Shown piece after piece: positions 11,246-23,479 of a stretch of 64,000 nucleotides of DNA. A program made the translations under genes and the position numbers. The stretch's first letter is position 1. Every line of letters starts with the position of its first letter. The notes beneath the pieces are model-generated. The model had not been told where the DNA came from. It was given only the letters and a program-made list of their open reading frames with translations, and did no database searches. The DNA is from Azolla caroliniana (lineage: Eukaryota > Plantae > Polypodiophyta): assembly GCA_043228905.1 (NCBI GenBank), contig JBHGNT010000012.1, positions 8,246,001 through 8,310,000 on the forward strand, in the 5' to 3' direction.

Positions 11246-11387
11246 TATATTTTAAACGTCTTCTAAGGCCAAAATTGGCCCATGAGACAATTGGTTTACA
11301 ACAAAATGAGTATTTATCCAGTTATCATAACTAAAATAAAATAAAGTAAACATAGAACTTAAGCTAAAATAGTTCTAGTAGTGTACA
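11241..11387 (-). mobile_element. 3' fragment of LINE family A
   Basis: Reverse complement of 9673-9819, next to (GA)n. Confidence 0.9.
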
Positions 11388-13269
11388 TCTTGATTTTATT
11401 TTTTCCCCTATTTCACTACATTTCTTTGGACACCCATATAACAACGGAACCTAAGCCCATGACAAATTTGACTGAACAAAAGTTCTCAAATTTATGACTT
11501 CAATGCTATGGTGTAAGGGAATGAGGAAAACAACCTCATAAATTATTAGGAAGCGTAGGCCCAACATTTAGTTGACATGTTGACATGTGGAACTTGAGCA
11601 CATGAGATTATCAACTACTCGACAATGTTTGGCCAAACCACAATATTACTAGGAGCCCAACAAGGTCAGAGCCCAATGAAATGGCAAATGAAGTAGCTCA
11701 CTTCGAGGATAACAAGGTTATTGCCTTGACGTGTGCTATATATATTTCATGCCCGAGAGCAAAAAATCTCCAAGCAAGGAGATGGAACAACCAAACGAAA
11801 TGAAGACCTCCAACACGAGCGCCTATGAGAAGGGACAAAACTAGGGTCACATGATGACCACATTCATTTCATCATCAAATTGAGACACTTGTTGAAAGGT
11901 TACTCACAAGGTCAAGCTCAATGTGCAAATGGGGCTCATAGCGGACAAAAAGTGATGGGGAGCGAAGATAACAAAAGAAGTGCTAAGATCAAAGGATATA
12001 AGAGATGCTAGAGATATGTGCATAATTTTTAAAGAGTTATTTATGCTCTTAAGAAATGTGAAGAAAACACCTTTCTAACTTTGGGAAATGTTCAAAAAAC
12101 AAAACAAATGGGTGAAACAGACTTGGTTAACTAGGTGGACTACCAAGCACAAACTCGACACTGAGTCTAGGCTTGCACATAAACATTCCCCCTTTCAAAC
12201 CTAACATATGAGCACGATTGGCTACAACTTCTACGACCAACAACTTGCATGCTTGGTAAAAAAAAAAATTAGTCCCCTTGCTACTAGCCCATCTTTTAAA
12301 GCACTTGATGAGAATCCCTGTCTCTAGCCTTCTAGGGAGATCAAAATATCATCTCTTTCATGTTTTTGAACCCCTAAAATTCTCACACCCCCCCCATTGA
12401 GTACAACATAATTGGTAATTGACATATTTGATGAATCATTACCACACAACCAACCATCACTTTTAATGAGATTACTGGAACGTAATAGTGTAAACTGCCA
12501 CGACGACAATCATTTCAATTTACAAAATCTCTTAACAAAATCATTTCAGTCTATGCTGAAATATATGTTCAAATACACCCAGCAATTGGACAATAAAAAC
12601 CTACTAATAGAATCTTGCTATTGAATCTCATTGCACTTCTGCTACACAAAAAGGTGTAGCCTAATAAATGAACTTGTGTTCTGCTAAGATAATTGTGTTC
12701 CTAAGAGGAATTAAATAGTGAAGTTGTGTGATTACATAGTTATTGACATGCATTAGATTACATTCAGATTTTACAGTAGTATAAAAATAAATCACTTCAG
12801 AAACCATTCAGTTAAAGAGTAATCAATAACAGAAACAACTGATGGATATTATATTGCATCATTTTAACATAGTTATTAGCTTTTATTCAGTAAATCATCT
12901 CTGGCTAGACTATAGCCGTTATAAAAAAACTTCCTGTATATATATTCACAATAGAAGAATGATACACAAAGATACTTTTATTTTAAATTGTTTGCTCCTA
13001 TTTATTCAATTAAGCCTCATTTGTTACACTTATAACAAAAGAAGGGGGATGTTATACAAAAGCATATACAAGCAAAATGATCATGAGTTGGGTTGATTTC
13101 TAGATTTGTACACAATACTCTGAACATATAACATACCAAAACTTGGAGCAGCCAATTTGTATCCATAAATATATGCCCAATGGGATGACGGCACACCTTG
13201 ACAATCATTAAGCTTCCATCTCAGATCTAGCATGACATGTGTGGAAACACGCATAGATAGTCCATTTCT

Positions 13270-13790
13270 TCATATAGGTATGTGATGGTGCCATGCCATT
13301 CGTCACCATCAAGATCGTTGAAAGAAGCAATGTCATGTCATTACTATTACCACCATGAAAGAAGGAAAGCCATGTAATCATCATCACCACCATTTAAAAA
13401 GAAGCAAGAAGGCCATGTTGACACCATTGAAAACAATAAGACCATGTCACCACCATTGAAAGTGACAAAACAATGCTATGCAATGATCATCACCATCTTT
13501 GAGAAAAACAACGCCCATTCAACGATACGATGTGAAGCCAAACACCATCATTACCATTGATAGAACAAGAGTCATACCACCATCATTGAAAGAAGCAGTC
13601 CCATGCCACCACTACCACCATTGAAACGAAACAATGTGATGTCTTCACCACCACTACTAAAAAAGCGGTGCCATGTCATTATAAACACCAAATGGTCACA
13701 TGCCATGTTGCAAACAAACTGCAACATGACATAGGGCACCAACACCAGAAAATTGCCATCATCATCAAAAAAAGGAATCGATGGCAACAA
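13270..13790. repeat. Degenerate tandem repeat region (CCATGTCACCACCATTGAAAGAAGCAA-like units)
   Basis: Recurrent CACCACCATTGAAA / CCATGTCA motifs at roughly 30-45 bp spacing directly after the BPS1-like stop codon. Confidence 0.5.
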
Positions 13791-13796
13791 GCCACG

Positions 13797-14891
13797 TCAT
13801 CGTGAGTGACTATATATATCGAGAAGGGCAATTCGGCTAGCAATCAAGACCTTGAAAACTTCCCCAACACTTGCTTCCAATGGATCAATCCCATTCCTTA
13901 ACTCTCTTCTCGCCATCTTGAGCGATTCCACCGCATCTCTAATCTCTCTCGCTTGCTCTTCACCAACAGGAAAACATCTCGAATTTAGCATACTCTCCAC
14001 CTTCCCATACAACAATCTCACTGCAATATCGGTCTTATCCAACTCTTCTAGCAATGCATTTGACCCTTTAGCTTTCTTTCTATCAATCTCTTCTTTGACT
14101 CTTTGTTGGAGACTAGTTAAAGAGAAAGTCCACGCAGATTGTCCACCAACCGAAATAGAAGAAAGAGGGCGCCTCGGCTTAAAAGACAGAGCACTAGCCA
14201 AGACCCCACAAATGAAAATAGTACTTACTTGAGCAGCATAAATAACCATGAAAAAATTACCTTTAGAAGCAGCTTCCATATTTAACTTCTCACCCATTCT
14301 TCTCAGCATAGAGCTACAATTCTCAAGCTTAGATCTTCTTTGACCCATTTGATTCATCTCCTCTTCTTTCCTTTTTAAGGCCTCAATACATCTAAGAAGA
14401 GAATTTTTAGATCGTCGCAGGTGGGGTTCATAACCAACTGTTTGTGGTGAGAAGCTATGTATAGCAAGATCAACATAAGAATCGTAGGTTTTTATATCTG
14501 AGATGGCATCTCGGAGAGTTCGGCAAATGTCAAGAAGTTTAACACTGTCATCTAAGTATTCATCTAACCATTTGAAATCACCTTCTGCAAGGGCCCGTTG
14601 AAGATCAGGGATAAATACTTCTGCATATCCATGTGTGGAAAGAACCACTTCTTCCATAGCTTGGCATAGCCATGGAATACTCAAATATCCACCTTCATCG
14701 GTTGACTTCAATCTCTCCAACTGCTGACAGAGATGTGATTCGAATGACTCCAAGCCCGGATTATTACTACTCCCTCGAGAAGAAGAAGATGTATTTGCTG
14801 TTGTCGGGCTTGAAGCTTTAAAAGAGAATCGTGGCGATGAAAAGCTCTGCAGAGCGGCGCCAAGCGATGAGAAGAGGGAAGAACTAGTCAT
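13797..14891 (-). CDS. BYPASS1/ROH1-like protein (DUF793 family), single coding exon, 364 aa
   Basis: Intact ORF from ATG 14891 (MTSSSLFS...). Motifs LESFESHL..L..LK, YLSIPWL, KWLDEYLDDSVKLLDIC, W..SL..LQ.RV.EEI, LLEEL, GIDPLE..V.EVF..LI.SR..LLD. Confidence 0.85.
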   Translation of the reverse strand: MTSSSLFSSLGAALQSFSSPRFSFKASSPTTANTSSSSRGSSNNPGLESFESHLCQQLERLKSTDEGGYLSIPWLCQAMEEVVLSTHGYAEVFIPDLQRALAEGDFKWLDEYLDDSVKLLDICRTLRDAISDIKTYDSYVDLAIHSFSPQTVGYEPHLRRSKNSLLRCIEALKRKEEEMNQMGQRRSKLENCSSMLRRMGEKLNMEAASKGNFFMVIYAAQVSTIFICGVLASALSFKPRRPLSSISVGGQSAWTFSLTSLQQRVKEEIDRKKAKGSNALLEELDKTDIAVRLLYGKVESMLNSRCFPVGEEQAREIRDAVESLKMARRELRNGIDPLEASVGEVFKVLIASRIALLDIYSHSR

Positions 14892-16674
14892 GGCGATGGA
14901 TCGTAGCAGAGAAAAAGCGAGATGGGTTTCCAAAGGAAGCAGCAAAAAATCGGATGAGAAATTCAATGTCTGTCTGTCTGTCTGTCTGTGATCGATGTTC
15001 TGTGATTTAGGGCTGCTTCTGTTATTTGTGAATTTTAGGGCAGAAATTCAATGAGCAGTGCAAGTATATATACATATATGATATACATACATATACAAGC
15101 CTTCGGATTTTTATTTTTATTTTTATTTTTTTTTTATTTTTTTTTTTTTTGTTTTTTTTTTTTTTTTTTTATTTTATTTTATTTTTGTTTATTTTTTTAT
15201 TTTTTTATTTTATTTTATTTTATTTTTCCATTAATTATTTATTTCTGTTTTGCTTTTTTTTTTATTTCTTTTTCAAACCTCCTCTCAAAATCTGCTTGTA
15301 CATGCATATTGACATCAGTTTTCACGCACCAAAATCTGCCTTCCATTCCCTCTATATACATAATACTATTCTTATTTCCAATTCTTTCACACACACACAC
15401 ACGGACGGACGGACGGACGGACGGAGGTGCTCTGCCTGCCTGCCTGCCTGCTCTGATCTCGCCTCAACTCTTCACGGAACGTGTGTCTCCGTTTACCTAT
15501 TATCTGCCTCTAGCCGACCGGAACTGATAACTATTCCCATCATCCCCTCAGTGTTACTGGCAATTAACACTGCTTTTCTACCAGCTCGACTCGATTGTTC
15601 TCACCACCCCCCCCCCCCCCCTTATCTATTGGATTGTAACAGTTCGGCTCTTGCTATGTATCATCATCATGTCACCTTTGTTTGTGTTGTAGTGGCGAGC
15701 CGAGAGATCATTCCCTCCCTTTATGCAAGCAATGGTAGTCGTTCACATGTGTAGCAGGTCTCGTATGTCCCTAGTTCAACAGTTATTCCCATTTGTTGGC
15801 ATGTCCCAAGGTAGCTGGCCACATTCCCCATCCCAACGAGCATTGTCTGGTTGTACCAAATCCCCCGTTTTGTGTGTTGGCGTGGTGTCATTAGGCATAC
15901 ATATTCTCTTATATTCGTTGTCACGATGTGGCACTTGCAAAGGTGAGAAGGCACGACAAAGTTAGGTTTCACACCTGTCTTTTTAATTTTCCATTGTTCT
16001 ATTCCCCCCCTCCCCCCTCTCTCCGCAACACGCATGCACGTTCCCTAGAAAAAAAGAAAATAGATTACCCAAAATACCCCTCAAGGCTCTCCCCTTATTT
16101 CCTAAAGTACGCTTCCTTTATTAACTAAAGTTCCCCTTACTATTCTACTCCCTTTTAATTTCATAAAGCCACCTACCCTTTTAAGCATAAAGTTTCCAAT
16201 TTACTCCCCCATTCTTTGGTATACTTTAAAATATACTCATTTAAACTCTTTCTCTCTTACACACACACACTGTATACATACTCCTACACATACGCGACTA
16301 CATTTACACACATACATGCCCTATACCACTTACACATACCAACTGCACATTCATGGACAAAATCAAATACCCACACATATATATTTGAATACATACACAA
16401 ACATCAAAACCCTATACACTCTTAGGCATATATATAATCACGCACACTTACACATATTTACACATTTTCATGCAACTTTATGTTTGAATAAATTGTCGCG
16501 GCCCGATAAAGCTCTAAGGTCACAAGCCAATTCATACATGACTTATTGATCGATTCTCAAGAAGATCAATACATTGTAGTTGATTCTCAAGAAGATCGAT
16601 TTGTGACAAATCAAACTTCTTCTTCTTGTGCAAGCACCACCATGCCAGACTCCATCACTGAGCTCGACCAAATC

Positions 16675-17160
16675 ATGGCAGTCCTTCAACAACTTTGACG
16701 AGAGAATAATGTTCTCCAAGAGTCCCTACATAAGCTTTGAAATTCACACATACGACATCAACTACTCACTTGGTGGAAATCCTAAAGCCTAAGATCAATG
16801 TTCCTGATAAATTTGACAACAATTGGAGCGGCCTTAGGGATTCCTAAATCAAAATTGAGTAGTCATCCGTGTATAACCACAACATATACTCCAACAATTT
16901 CAAATAACTCAAGCTTGTCAACTCCCTCTTGGACGATTCAATGCAAGCCTGGTTCGTGCCACTAATGAAAAAAATGGCGCTCCTTCTGGAAGATTTCCTA
17001 ATCATCACGTTTGACGCGACCTTTGGGAGTCTAACAAACATTGATCTTCAATGACCAAATATAAAGTGTACAACAATGATGTGGGGTGATGTCTATGTAT
17101 GCATCGAAGTTCTACCACCTGCCAGCAACATCAATTAGGATGACCATGATCTCCTTAACT
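16675..17160 (+). mobile_element. Highly decayed Gypsy gag remnant
   Basis: PKINVPDKFD..FLNQ..LVNSLL..QAWFVPLMKK parallels the gag at 34090-34290 (EPKFGLPMKFDG..FLNQV..LAWFAPLLEK). Confidence 0.6.
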
Positions 17161-17569
17161 TGCGTTGTCAAATAGAGCAAGATCGGAAAACTCCACAATA
17201 ACTCATACACTCAATAATTTGGACTAGTTCACAGTCAACTATAGGTTCTTACTCTAAAACAACAACATATATGTCCCAACAAATGATGTTCACTCTATGT
17301 CTTTACAATGTGCCACAACAATGAGATTTTGGGGCATTTGGGACAACAAAAACTCTCAAACTAACAATGTGGAACTACTAGTGTCAACGACAACCAGTTG
17401 ATAAGTTTATCGAATGACCCCGCACATCAAGAACCTGAGAGTTGGGCACAAGAGAGTTGGGACAGTCTGGTTGATGGCACAAAGATCCTCACCGAAGGTT
17501 TGGACCCATGCCAACGTAACCCAAGACAAGGATGAAGACAATGTGGAAATAGACAACTTGACGGACCCC

Positions 17570-17775
17570 CCCTTAAACACATCCAATGTGTTGAGGGGTT
17601 TCATGATTGGAACCACAATACCATCTTGACGGATTGAGGTGAGGGACTTTATCAATGGGTAGAAAAGGTGCCCATTGTAACACATCCTTTGCGTTGAGGG
17701 GTTCCATAATTGGAACCACAACACACCACCTCAACGGATTCAGGTGAGGGCCTTCTCGATAGGTAGAGAAGGCCA
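17570..17775. repeat. Two diverged tandem copies of an approximately 100-bp unit
   Basis: ACACATCC..GTTGAGGGGTT..ATTGGAACCACAA..ACGGATT.AGGTGAGGG..GGTAGA.AAGG occurs twice. Confidence 0.65.
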
Positions 17776-18027
17776 TGTGAGTCGTGGGCTTCTAAGTTTC
17801 TCGATGGATGGAGAAGACACCCATGACTCACAAGATATTGGAGGTTGGACAGAGAGCGGTTGGGTGGTATGTTCAACGAGTCCCAATTCTTCACCTAGTC
17901 ATCCTTCACGTAGTCCGCGTCCGATTGGAGATCCACCCTAATCACAAAATTTGGGTAGTGTGACCCTGCCCGCCTAGATACCACATTTGGCACATACTGA
18001 AGGATGTGTAGGTTTGGTAGGGGTGGA

Positions 18028-18689
18028 TGTCGTGATGCGGGGTGTGGGGTGTGCACAAGAGGATTTTAGTTAAACTAGGATTATTAGAAAGGTTGATTGG
18101 TAGATCGAAGATGTGAAGAGAAAGACATTTTGTGACTTTATTATTATTATTATTTAGGAAAGAAAAGGCATAACGTGTGGTAAAATAAAAAAGGGTAAAG
18201 ATAATGCAAACAAGGGGGAGAGGGAAGAGAGAGACACAGAAGCTCTATCGGATTGGGAGGCGAAGAAGCTAGGGTAGCAAATCAAGAGGGTGTGTAAGAC
18301 CAACATCAACAAGAGGTGATGTGGTCGTTGATCGTTGGGAGATTACACCAAAACTCGAGAATTTCCCCTTGAAGCTTCACTCTTATTCTTTTCTTCTTCA
18401 TCTTCTTCTCCACAATATACTTGCTATTTTAGGGTTTTATTTACATCCTTTTTTGCGAAATTTAGGGTTCTTAGCTCATGATTAATTCCTGAAAAATTTG
18501 CATCTTGTGATAAAAAAACTCCAAAATCTTGTAAACCCTATTTTATAAAGGGATTTTCTTTCATAATCCAACGTTTTTAGCCTACACAAAAGACTATCTA
18601 GACTTAATATTGTAAAATCCATTCATAATCTCAGATTCTTTGGGTTAATTACGTGAAAATCTTGGGCGTAACTCACTGTTCGAATCACA
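18028..18689 (+). mobile_element. Possible 3' LTR of another LTR retrotransposon
   Basis: Purine tract GGTAGGGGTGGA immediately before TGT, and the segment ends in TCACA. No partner LTR was found. Confidence 0.35.
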
Positions 18690-19212
18690 ACTACCTTCGA
18701 CTCTATAGAGCCTTCGGGTTTGACCTACATTCGACTTTGGCGATCTTTGGGCTCTTTAGAGGCTTCGAATTAGACGATCTTTCGGCTCTGTAGAGCCTTC
18801 GAGTTTGACGAATCATCTGACTCTTATGATCATTCGACACTAACGAGCCTTCGAGTCATCCATATGCTCTGGTTCAAGTCCCGGGTGGTCCCGCTCGAGT
18901 AGCACACCTATGCACACGTATTTTATTTACTCTGACTACCTACCTCTCTAAGGAAGAACTCTGTAGAGAGGAGACACATCAAGTGTTTTATTGCCACATG
19001 AAAAAAAGGTGTGTTTTTTGGATTGGGGGTATTCCAGTAAATACCCAAAAGTATAGGAAGGGGTATTTGGGCGATTTCCCAAAAACCCCAAAAGCTCTCT
19101 CTGTTCTTCTTCTTCTTCTTCTTCTTCTAGCAGTAGTGATCACAACCTCCTCTTCTTCTTCTTCTTCTTCTTTCAATCACAACCTCCTCTCTGTGTTTTT
19201 TTTGGCTTTACC

Positions 19213-22200
19213 ATGAATTTGGTTTCCATGAAAGCTTGGGGTCTCAGGAGCACCTTCTTCTCTTCTCCTTCTTCTTTAACTCTGAATAGCTTTCTTCTTC
19301 TTCGTAACAGACCCGGAAGGAGAATATGCAGATTCTCCACATCCTCCATCACAGCCTCCTTGCAGATTGATTTGGTAAGTTGGACTGCATGCTCATTACT
19401 GCCAAAATTTCTCTGCTAATAAGCTCTCTAGACCCGTAGCGTTATCGAATTTACTGTGATGGCATTATGCATATCCCCCCTCCCTGTGATAGAGGTCCTT
19501 TGAAGCGATTTCACGTATAACTGTACATGAAAAGTTTGATTGTTAATTTATATGTTTTGTCTTAACCATTTTTTGGATACTTGGTCGAGCATTCCTCCAA
19601 AATTTGACCTTCCATTTATATGCTTTAGCTTGAATTACTTTGACAGGTACCTTGCCTGAAGGATAACTATGCGTACCTGTTGTATGATACTGAAGAAGGT
19701 GTCAGTGGTGTAATAGATCCTTCTGAATATGGAACCGTTGCGAAGGCATTGACAAAAAAGAATCTTCATTTGGACTATATTCTTAATACGCATCATCATT
19801 GGGATCACACTGGAGGTAACATCGATCTGAAGAGCAAGTATAAAGCAAAGGTACAAAAGAATATTCCCACTGTCTACATACTTCCCTGTGTTCAAGACCT
19901 ATCCTTCTTACTGTTGAGTTTTCATGAATAAAACAAAAAAGTTGTAAGTTATAGTTGCAAAACATGTAGAAATACACTTTTGAGGGAGAATATAGACTCA
20001 ACCAATCTAAAAGAGAGACCATGCATCTGGAGAGAAGATGTATGAACCTCACCTTTTCTAGACAGTATCAATACTTCTTACCATAAAATATTCTGCTTTT
20101 CTAATTATATCCAGACGAAAGAGGAATGTTTAGTACAGATTGGAATCTACAGAAGTGCTTGCAGGGTGGGGGAGTGTCTTATCTTAAGCGTCTATAAAGG
20201 GAAATGTGCTCAACATTAGTCAAGTTACGCCATGCATCATGAAAAACTTTGCTAGCAAAATCAAGTTTTCCTCTTGCAATGGTGTTGAGCCTTTTTGCAT
20301 GTATCCTTTTCTTCTCATTCACACCAATTTAATATACAATGGTGTTATAGTTTGTTAAAATGCATGTAGGTGGTTGGCCCCGCTGCAGACCAAACGCGAA
20401 TCCCTGGGATTGATATCGCTTTACAAGATGGGGATACATGGATGTTTGGAAATCACAAGATGGTGGTTTTCGATACCCCAGGGCACACACGAGGTAAGTC
20501 TGTACTCATTATATACTATATAATAATGTATGTTATATATACTACGTAGGATAAATGCTAATAATATTCCTGATTCCATGAGATGCGATAATTTCTTATA
20601 TCATCAGTGAGCGATCAAAAGCCTTCCAATTTTCGCAAAGAGTCTTTATTTGGCCCTTTCCTTGTCAAATTATTATTGTTTTTGTCTTTTTATTATTATT
20701 TACATTTGGGCATTTTTTTTATTGTTTTCAACAGGACATGTAAGCTTCTATTTTCCAAGCTCGAATGCTATTTTCACTGGTGATACGTTATTCTCACTAT
20801 CGTGTGGAAAGCTCTTTGAAGGCACGCCTCAACAGGTAGGTAACACAAACCTTATTATAGTAGAACTAAACAACCCAACAATAACCATCTTCCATCTAAT
20901 CATATGTATTTTTTCTCACTGTAGAATCACAATGTATCAAGCAAATTATTTTATCTGTTACGATAATGTGTATCATGTTTGATTTTGTTAATTCATTTAT
21001 GGTAAAAACAAAACAAAATCGTCTTATGCTCTCAAGCATGTTAAAAAGCAGTATTCATATATTGTATGGAATTCCATATCTGAAGAGAGGAATTCCATAT
21101 GAAAAATCTGGGAAATTTTATTTCAGATGTGGAGCTCACTTTCAAAGATAATGGCCTTGCCAGACGAGACTTCAATATACTGTGGACATGAGTACACATT
21201 GGTAAGTTGTTTGGTTGCTCTTTTTTTAAGAAAAAGTTCTTCACAACATTGACTAATGCTCAATTAACCTCGATATATCGCTGGAATTGACCCTATTCTG
21301 TTTTTCTTTCTTTCACTTTTTTCTGTCCTTGAGAATATATCTATAAATTCTCAAATGCTAGTGAGAATTATGTAAAAGTGGCTCGGTTTTAGATACCTAG
21401 GAAATTGAGTAGCTAGCTTAACCGTGTCGAATATTTGCTGAATACCTAAGTCTAATGATTATAGAATGTTTTTGTTAGGATTTTCTTCTGTTCTTTTAAA
21501 AACTATAAATGAAGGTTTTATATATATCCTTCTAGTTTTGTGGTTGTACATACATTTTAACAATATTTGATTGTCATTGCTTCTGATTTGTGTTTAGCAA
21601 TGCTTCATGTTCTGATTGCTTTTGACCAAGAGAACTAATCATGAACTACTATATAAAATACACACAACAATGTAATATCCTTGTAATCAAGAGGTTACAT
21701 ATTGTAACATAGAACAGAGCTTACTTAAGATACACAACCTTAATTTCAAATCCATGCTCTGGCCGCAGTCGAATGCTGAATTCTCACTAACACTCGAGCC
21801 CAACAATGAAAACCTTAGGAACTACTATGACAAAATCAAGAAGCTTCGAGAAGCAAACCTTCCGACAGTAAGTAGAATATTTCATTATTGTCACAGTTTG
21901 TGTTTTCAATATCAAATCAAAATGATCCTAAATTTCTACCTCACCTAATGGAACGAGATCGCTGATTGGTTAATAATGCTTGTAAAATGCATTTCAAATC
22001 CAAGCGTTCTAATAAATTTAGTGGCGTTAGTGAGAATAAAGCTTCTAAATCTATTAGAACATGGAGAAACTTGTGTGGAACTACATTATTTGAATAGAGT
22101 TTTAGATTTTTGTTTGTATATAATGCTTCATTTTTTTTTGTTGCCAGATACCTACAAGTGTGAAAACAGAAAAAGCATGCAACCCGTTTCTTCGTGTATC

Positions 22201-22294
22201 TAGTGCCGAAATAAGAGCGTCTCTGAGGTTGCCTTCAGATGCTGATGAAGTGCAAACACTTGCTGCAGTGCGAGCTTCCAAGGACAAATGGTGA
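19213..22294 (+). CDS. GLX2: Glyoxalase II (hydroxyacylglutathione hydrolase), organelle-targeted, 303 aa, 7 exons
   Basis: Exons 19213-19374, 19647-19850, 20370-20493, 20735-20835, 21127-21201, 21769-21867, 22148-22294, all GT-AG and in frame. Motifs [61 protein letters not shown]. Ser/Arg-rich transit peptide. Confidence 0.96.
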
Positions 22295-23196
22295 CCAGTC
22301 GGATATTCTATAAATAGAAAGGAATCCTAAAGAAAGGAAAGATGTATTAACGTCCGAAAATGACCAAAATAGTGTGTGTGTACAGACAGACAGACCCAAC
22401 AAGATATTGAAAATGTTCTTGATGAAAAATTTGATATGAGTAATACGCCTATGTAGGCTTCCAAAAATATGTACTCAATCAATATTTAAAGGGATTTTTT
22501 TGGAATCATTTCAGTCCTCTTGATGAGCACTCACACATTGTAGAGTGACCACATCTGCGATGTAAAAATTTCTGACAATTCTTTCTCATGTTGGATGCAA
22601 AATTCCAAATTTTCATTAGTCTTGTTGAATGCCATGAGAAATTAATGAATACATTTCTTTAAATGCTGCTCAAAACAGAATCCTACCCTTGCATATTGAT
22701 AAATTTCACTAACATGAAATAGTCTTAGTTATATTTCAGGAGTCTATACAATGTTTATAAATTTAGCACACATGATGCAAACAACATGATCCTCATTTTT
22801 TGCTTAAACAATTATTGAGTTTTTCAAAGTTTCCCACATGCTCATAGGTGGTTGGATTTGATCCTCTTGAAAGGCTCTAAAAAGATTGTGAAGGATTATC
22901 CAACAACCATAACCACTTGTGATTTGAAACAACAATATATTACATCCAAAGCTTGATGTGATGTATTCATTACCTCTTATTTGTCTTGAGTAATGAGCCT
23001 ATAAAATGTCTTCATAATGTTAAATGACGATCGACGATTTGCTAGATGATAGATTTTGGAGTTGATCGAAAGATGCTAGCTTTTTCTTATATTTGACCAT
23101 TATCTTGAAATGCCAAATCTATCACAAGGATCCTACAAACAACTTTGCAAAATAGAAAAGCAATGGCAAGATGAAGACAACTTACAACACTTACAA

Positions 23197-23340
23197 GAGA
23201 TAGATAGATAGATTCTATTATCGTCTTCGAAGGTCAAATATGACCTATGAGACAAAAAATATTACATTTCACATGATACATGTGAAAGTTAGTAGTGACT
23301 TGCGATGTTCAAGAACTTTATCAATGAATGTTGCTATTGA
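23197..23340 (-). mobile_element. 3' fragment of LINE family B
   Basis: (GATA)n tail, hairpin AGGTCAAATATGACCT, truncated at (GA)n. Confidence 0.85.
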
Positions 23341-23369
23341 GAGAGAGAGAGAGAGAGAGATATGAAGTA

Positions 23370-23462
23370 TGTAATAGAGAGGTGAGATAATTGGGTTTCA
23401 AACCCAAGACATAGTGCTTATAGTGCTTGTAGTGTAGCAACTTATCACTAGGGTAAGGTACT
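23370..23462 (-). repeat. tRNA-like (A/B box) dispersed repeat, SINE head or LTR-start fragment
   Basis: Minus strand TACCCTAGTGATAAG...TCTTGGGTTTGAAACCCAATTATCTCACCTCT; homologous to 52244-52335 (+) and about 30210-30268 (-). Confidence 0.55.
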
Positions 23463-23479
23463 TAGAGAGAGAGAGAGAG

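Noticed and set aside
13852-14232. 126-aa plus-strand ORF
   Set aside because: Antisense shadow of the BPS1-like CDS
14892-14966. Extended N-terminus of the 389-aa ORF
   Set aside because: Begins at a non-ATG codon; the first ATG is at 14891
15051-15754. Phe-rich 158-aa and 201-aa ORFs
   Set aside because: Artefacts of a poly-T/TTTTA tract and microsatellites
18690-18860. Degenerate approximately 40-bp repeats (CTCT..AGAGCCTTCG.GTTTGAC)
   Set aside because: Weak similarity to the reverse of 16493-16520; too decayed to assign ends or family
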